Shown: piece by piece, positions 37,057 to 40,000 of the stretch
Layout of the letters: every line of letters begins with the position of its first letter
Position numbering within the stretch: position 1 is the first letter of the stretch
Sequence record: KC131130.1
Length of the DNA stretch: 40,000 bases
DNA from: Vibrio phage VP4B
Reading direction: 5' to 3' (one strand)
Notes under the pieces: model-generated
What the model was told of the DNA's origin: nothing
Database searches by the model: none
The model's input: only the letters and a program-made list of their open reading frames with translations
Translations under genes and position numbers: made by a program

Positions 37057-37492
37057 TACCTATTTAACGGTTTACGTTAATATTAACAACCAATGGAACT
37101 ATCCTTTAGACTCCTTTATGGTTGTTGTCGAACATTTGGTTGATTTTCTCATAGAAGGTAAAATGACACCCGAAGACAGTTTAACCAGTCTATCATATTT
37201 AGTCGATTACCAAGTCGAATGTACGTACCATCCGGGGATCTCTACGGACCTGTCGGATTACTACATCATGACACAAATAGAAAATCGTTTCTTCGAACTC
37301 TATGAAACTGCTAAGGAGTTGTTGTCCATCATACTGAGTGAACACCCCGAACTTCGCTCTATGTATACGTTTAACATAGAAGACGTCAACATAGTTAAAC
37401 AAAACGATGAGTGGGCTCTATTGGCAATAACCGGAAAACCTTTCGTAAGGAGCTTGTTATGTCCACCACCGATACCCCCGCTGTGTACGTGA
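37019..37492 (+). CDS. Hypothetical phage protein (about 150 aa, start uncertain)
   Basis: ORF overlapping the preceding gene; packed gene order. Confidence 0.7.
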   Translation: MTNRTMIMIATTDTYLTVYVNINNQWNYPLDSFMVVVEHLVDFLIEGKMTPEDSLTSLSYLVDYQVECTYHPGISTDLSDYYIMTQIENRFFELYETAKELLSIILSEHPELRSMYTFNIEDVNIVKQNDEWALLAITGKPFVRSLLCPPPIPPLCT

Positions 37493-37878
37493 ATGTGGTG
37501 TTCACACATCTTACACCGAACAATGAGTATATATCACACGAAATGTATCAAATGGCTTTAGGGATACTGTTGTGTGATATTTTCTTAACCGGGTCTTACC
37601 AGCCCGGTATCATCGCAAGAGCGGTGGAAACCACCATGGGTGAAATGGAAGCAGCGGATGCCGGTCTTACTTATTCTTATGCGTATGACCAAGTCTACGG
37701 TGATCTACACACGTATTTAGAAGACACCATCCATAACCCTATTAACCTTGAACCTTTATCCTCTTTAGTAAGCTTGTACGGTACCGGAGAGATCTATACT
37801 GTACAGCATTCGTTGTGTAATGCAAGCATTATATTGTTAGTAACACCACAACCAATAAGAAAATTTACCTCTCATTAA
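37459..37878 (+). CDS. Hypothetical phage protein (139 aa; start corrected from 37411)
   Basis: ATG at 37459 (MSTTDTPAVYVNVVFTH...) preceded by AAGGAG; short overlap with upstream gene. Confidence 0.75.
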   Translation: MSTTDTPAVYVNVVFTHLTPNNEYISHEMYQMALGILLCDIFLTGSYQPGIIARAVETTMGEMEAADAGLTYSYAYDQVYGDLHTYLEDTIHNPINLEPLSSLVSLYGTGEIYTVQHSLCNASIILLVTPQPIRKFTSH

Positions 37879-37890
37879 GGAACAATTATC

Positions 37891-38337
37891 ATGCAATTCA
37901 ATCTAATTTCTAACGCACCTCTAGCTGTCAACGAAGCAACTGCTCTTTACTCTACTGAAGTACAAACAGGTCTTTTCCTTCTAGTGCTAGAAGAACTGGC
38001 TGCGGCTAAGCGTTTAGAGTTGGTAGGTGAAGAAAACGTCCCTACTGGTGAAGACGAAGTACCAGACGAACTAGAGACGTTAGGTAAGGTTACTCAAATT
38101 GCTGAGAACTCAGTAGGCGAATGTCCGGAAGACCGTACCGAAGAAGAACACGAGTCGATGATTGAGATTCTAGTTGAAGACTTGAACACTCGTCTTAGTA
38201 AGATCACCGAAGGTTTCCTATCTAACGAAATCAACTCTGATCAACTTAACGTAATCGCAGGTATCGATTGGTCAACACCTAAAGATCTAAGCTGGACGAC
38301 ATCAGAGTCTGGTGGTTTTGTATTTGTACTTGCTTAA
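37891..38337 (+). CDS. Acidic hypothetical phage protein (148 aa)
   Basis: ORF with ATG preceded by AAGGA; strong hairpin just downstream. Confidence 0.85.
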   Translation: MQFNLISNAPLAVNEATALYSTEVQTGLFLLVLEELAAAKRLELVGEENVPTGEDEVPDELETLGKVTQIAENSVGECPEDRTEEEHESMIEILVEDLNTRLSKITEGFLSNEINSDQLNVIAGIDWSTPKDLSWTTSESGGFVFVLA

Positions 38338-38353
38338 TAAGTTAAACGCATAA

Positions 38354-38387
38354 ATAACTCCGTACTCCCTCAGGAGTACGGAGTTAT
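38354..38387 (+). terminator. Plus-strand terminator-like hairpin
   Basis: ATAACTCCGTACTCC-CTCA-GGAGTACGGAGTTAT perfect 15-bp stem (T tract begins about 10 nt downstream). Confidence 0.75.
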
Positions 38388-38410
38388 AACTGTTCTCATT
38401 TTTTTTGATG

Positions 38411-38436
38411 AAAAAAGTGGGGATGAAACATCCCCA
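38411..38436 (-). terminator. Minus-strand rho-independent terminator
   Basis: On the minus strand TGGGGATG-TTT-CATCCCCA followed by CTTTTTT. Confidence 0.85.
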
Positions 38437-38557
38437 AATATATCCGACCCAACTTAGATCGGACAACCCATCAGAAAGGACATTTATCATGTCATATAAT
38501 AGGTATCCAGACATGCCTTAAAACGCCCTGTATGAGCTCAGGTTGAGTTTTAGACAC

Positions 38558-39859
38558 TTATTCGAATAGTTCTCCTAATTCGTATTCTCTAACGCTCATA
38601 CCACTAACGTGCATCCCCTTCATTTTTTGTAGCATGAAGTTTGTCGCGATATCAGAACATTCCATGGAAACACCGTCTTCAGAACTACCCAAACCCTCAC
38701 CCAAACAGACCTTACAGAAATTACCCTCACTAGTTTTACAAACGTTAGGAGTGCGCATTCTCACTACTTTACCAACTAAGTGGTTTTCGTTACCAGACCA
38801 AAGTTTAAGTTCGTTCGTACTCGTCATGTAGTAACAACCCGTCCACATGCCTAGTTGGTCTTCAGTCATGGTAACTTCTTCGTACAAGGTCGTTTTACAA
38901 TCTTCTTCACTTCTGCTAATACGAGATGTTAAACGCTGGATATCCTTAACCGCAGCACCACCTTCACCCGTTGCTTTACCACGGTCATAAGAACCCGCTA
39001 TCGCAGTGTTGATGTAGTTGTGGAGTTCATCAGGATCCCATCCGTCATCCAACGACTTATGAAGGAATTTGTATTCACCCGTGTTCCAGTCTTGCTCAAC
39101 ACCAAATGCGATGAACATGCGTTTACGGGCGTTATCGATGAACTTCTTGTTAATGAAGAAATCTTTAGACGGACCGTTTAACTGGATCTCCATATCCTTG
39201 GCAACTAACTGGTCAATAATCCAAGCGGCTTTGATCGGATCCTTGATAGCATCTGGGTTTTCTTTTAGGAGTTTCTCTTTCAACTCTAATAGAGCTGGAT
39301 CAACCGTCAAGGCTTGAGTAGAAGCGGCTTTACAGAAAACGTTGTTCATCCCCATTAAGTAGTTGAATTGACGAGTGATCTTAAGACATTCGTCCACACT
39401 TGCTTTACCAGCTGGTAAATCTTCACCCTCTTCAGGATTATCTACCATCAACAATTTAATCACCCCTTTAACAAACCCACCGTTCATTTGTCGGTTATGG
39501 TAAGGAGTGCGGTCTTGCAAACACTCGTAGAACACGCAACGGTTAACCAGAAGAATCCCTAAGGTGGTTTCCAGCGGTTCTTTAACACGAGGGTCAAAGT
39601 CTTCGTCAATAGTGATACGTTCATCTTTATAAACAAATGGTTGACTTAGATCACCTTCAACGTAGGTCTTGTCTTCAGTGTTGTTATTGAAAAAGTAAAA
39701 TCCATTTTCATCTCGATGTAAAGCGAACATCGTTTTTGATAAACGCTGGTTGGTTTCTTCGTTATCATTGAGTTTAGTAAAGACACTCAACAACCAAGCT
39801 TTTTTCTGATAACAACGTGCTCGGAAACAGAGTTTAAGATACTCATGCTTCTTCATCAT
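38558..39859 (-). CDS. DNA-directed RNA polymerase beta-prime-like subunit, C-terminal part (paralog 2, different RNAP from 32524-34509)
   Basis: AGSYDRGKATGEGGAAVKDIQRLTSRISRSEEDCKTT and RMRTPNVCKTSEGNFCKVCLGEGLGSSEDGVSMECSDIATNFMLQKMKGMHVSG resemble beta-prime LTRRLVDV.QD.V..E.DCGT and R....C....G.C..CYG.......VG..A.QSIGEP.TQ...RTFH; ATG 39859 has perfect AAGGAGGT upstream. Confidence 0.75.
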   Translation of the reverse strand: MMKKHEYLKLCFRARCYQKKAWLLSVFTKLNDNEETNQRLSKTMFALHRDENGFYFFNNNTEDKTYVEGDLSQPFVYKDERITIDEDFDPRVKEPLETTLGILLVNRCVFYECLQDRTPYHNRQMNGGFVKGVIKLLMVDNPEEGEDLPAGKASVDECLKITRQFNYLMGMNNVFCKAASTQALTVDPALLELKEKLLKENPDAIKDPIKAAWIIDQLVAKDMEIQLNGPSKDFFINKKFIDNARKRMFIAFGVEQDWNTGEYKFLHKSLDDGWDPDELHNYINTAIAGSYDRGKATGEGGAAVKDIQRLTSRISRSEEDCKTTLYEEVTMTEDQLGMWTGCYYMTSTNELKLWSGNENHLVGKVVRMRTPNVCKTSEGNFCKVCLGEGLGSSEDGVSMECSDIATNFMLQKMKGMHVSGMSVREYELGELFE

Positions 39860-40000
39860 AGTGGATACCTCCTTCAAGGTTAATCTCCTCAGCGACTTTT
39901 TCCGCTCGGTAGATCAAAGTAACGTCTTCTACGTTTTCTTCTATCACCTGTTTGATTTGGTCCCAGAAGCGATCATTAGGAGTTTCACTAATCAAAGAGA
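39843..40000 (-). CDS. Partial CDS running off the window edge (C-terminus ...SLISETPNDRFWDQIKQVIEENVEDVTLIYRAEKVAEEINLEGGIHYDEEA)
   Basis: Open minus-strand frame overlapping the start of the RNAP beta-prime-like gene by 17 nt. Confidence 0.6.
   Translation of the reverse strand, partial: SLISETPNDRFWDQIKQVIEENVEDVTLIYRAEKVAEEINLEGGIHYDEEA

Noticed and set aside
1-40000. CRISPR array, insertion sequence or integrase
   Set aside because: No regularly spaced direct repeats and no transposase or integrase motifs were seen.

Overview
This 40 kb window looks like part of the genome of a large (jumbo) tailed phage of the phiKZ-like type, probably infecting Vibrio or a relative. The placement is inferred from protein motifs; no database search was possible. 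Supporting content: pieces of multisubunit RNA polymerases split into separate genes, including two different beta-prime C-terminal-type proteins; a split family B DNA polymerase C-terminal piece; an SSB with a DDYDDIPF tail; an SbcD/Mre11-like nuclease; a DEAH-box SF2 helicase; and several probable virion proteins. The strongest observations are: (1) a compact 386-nt group I intron at 18491-18876. It interrupts the RNAP beta-prime catalytic motif NADFDGD exactly between the Gly codon and the third catalytic Asp, with a perfect 6-bp P1, P7 signature sequences and a terminal G. (2) A 198-aa mini-intein inside the Walker A motif of the helicase (GDGK|A...HN|T), with Ala1 and the Trp/Cys/Thr signature of class 3 inteins. 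(3) A run of three consecutive genes containing repeated AraC-type helix-turn-helix domains and no evident effector domain. (4) A recurring intergenic promoter-like motif (CTATATWAnnTnnGGTGTnA, six copies), one copy of which lies upstream of a roughly 450-nt non-coding, multi-hairpin, terminator-ended interval that may be an abundant phage ncRNA. (5) A GTAC-rich intergenic region with a TATATTAC early-promoter-like element. (6) A 44-aa membrane protein gene missed by the ORF track.
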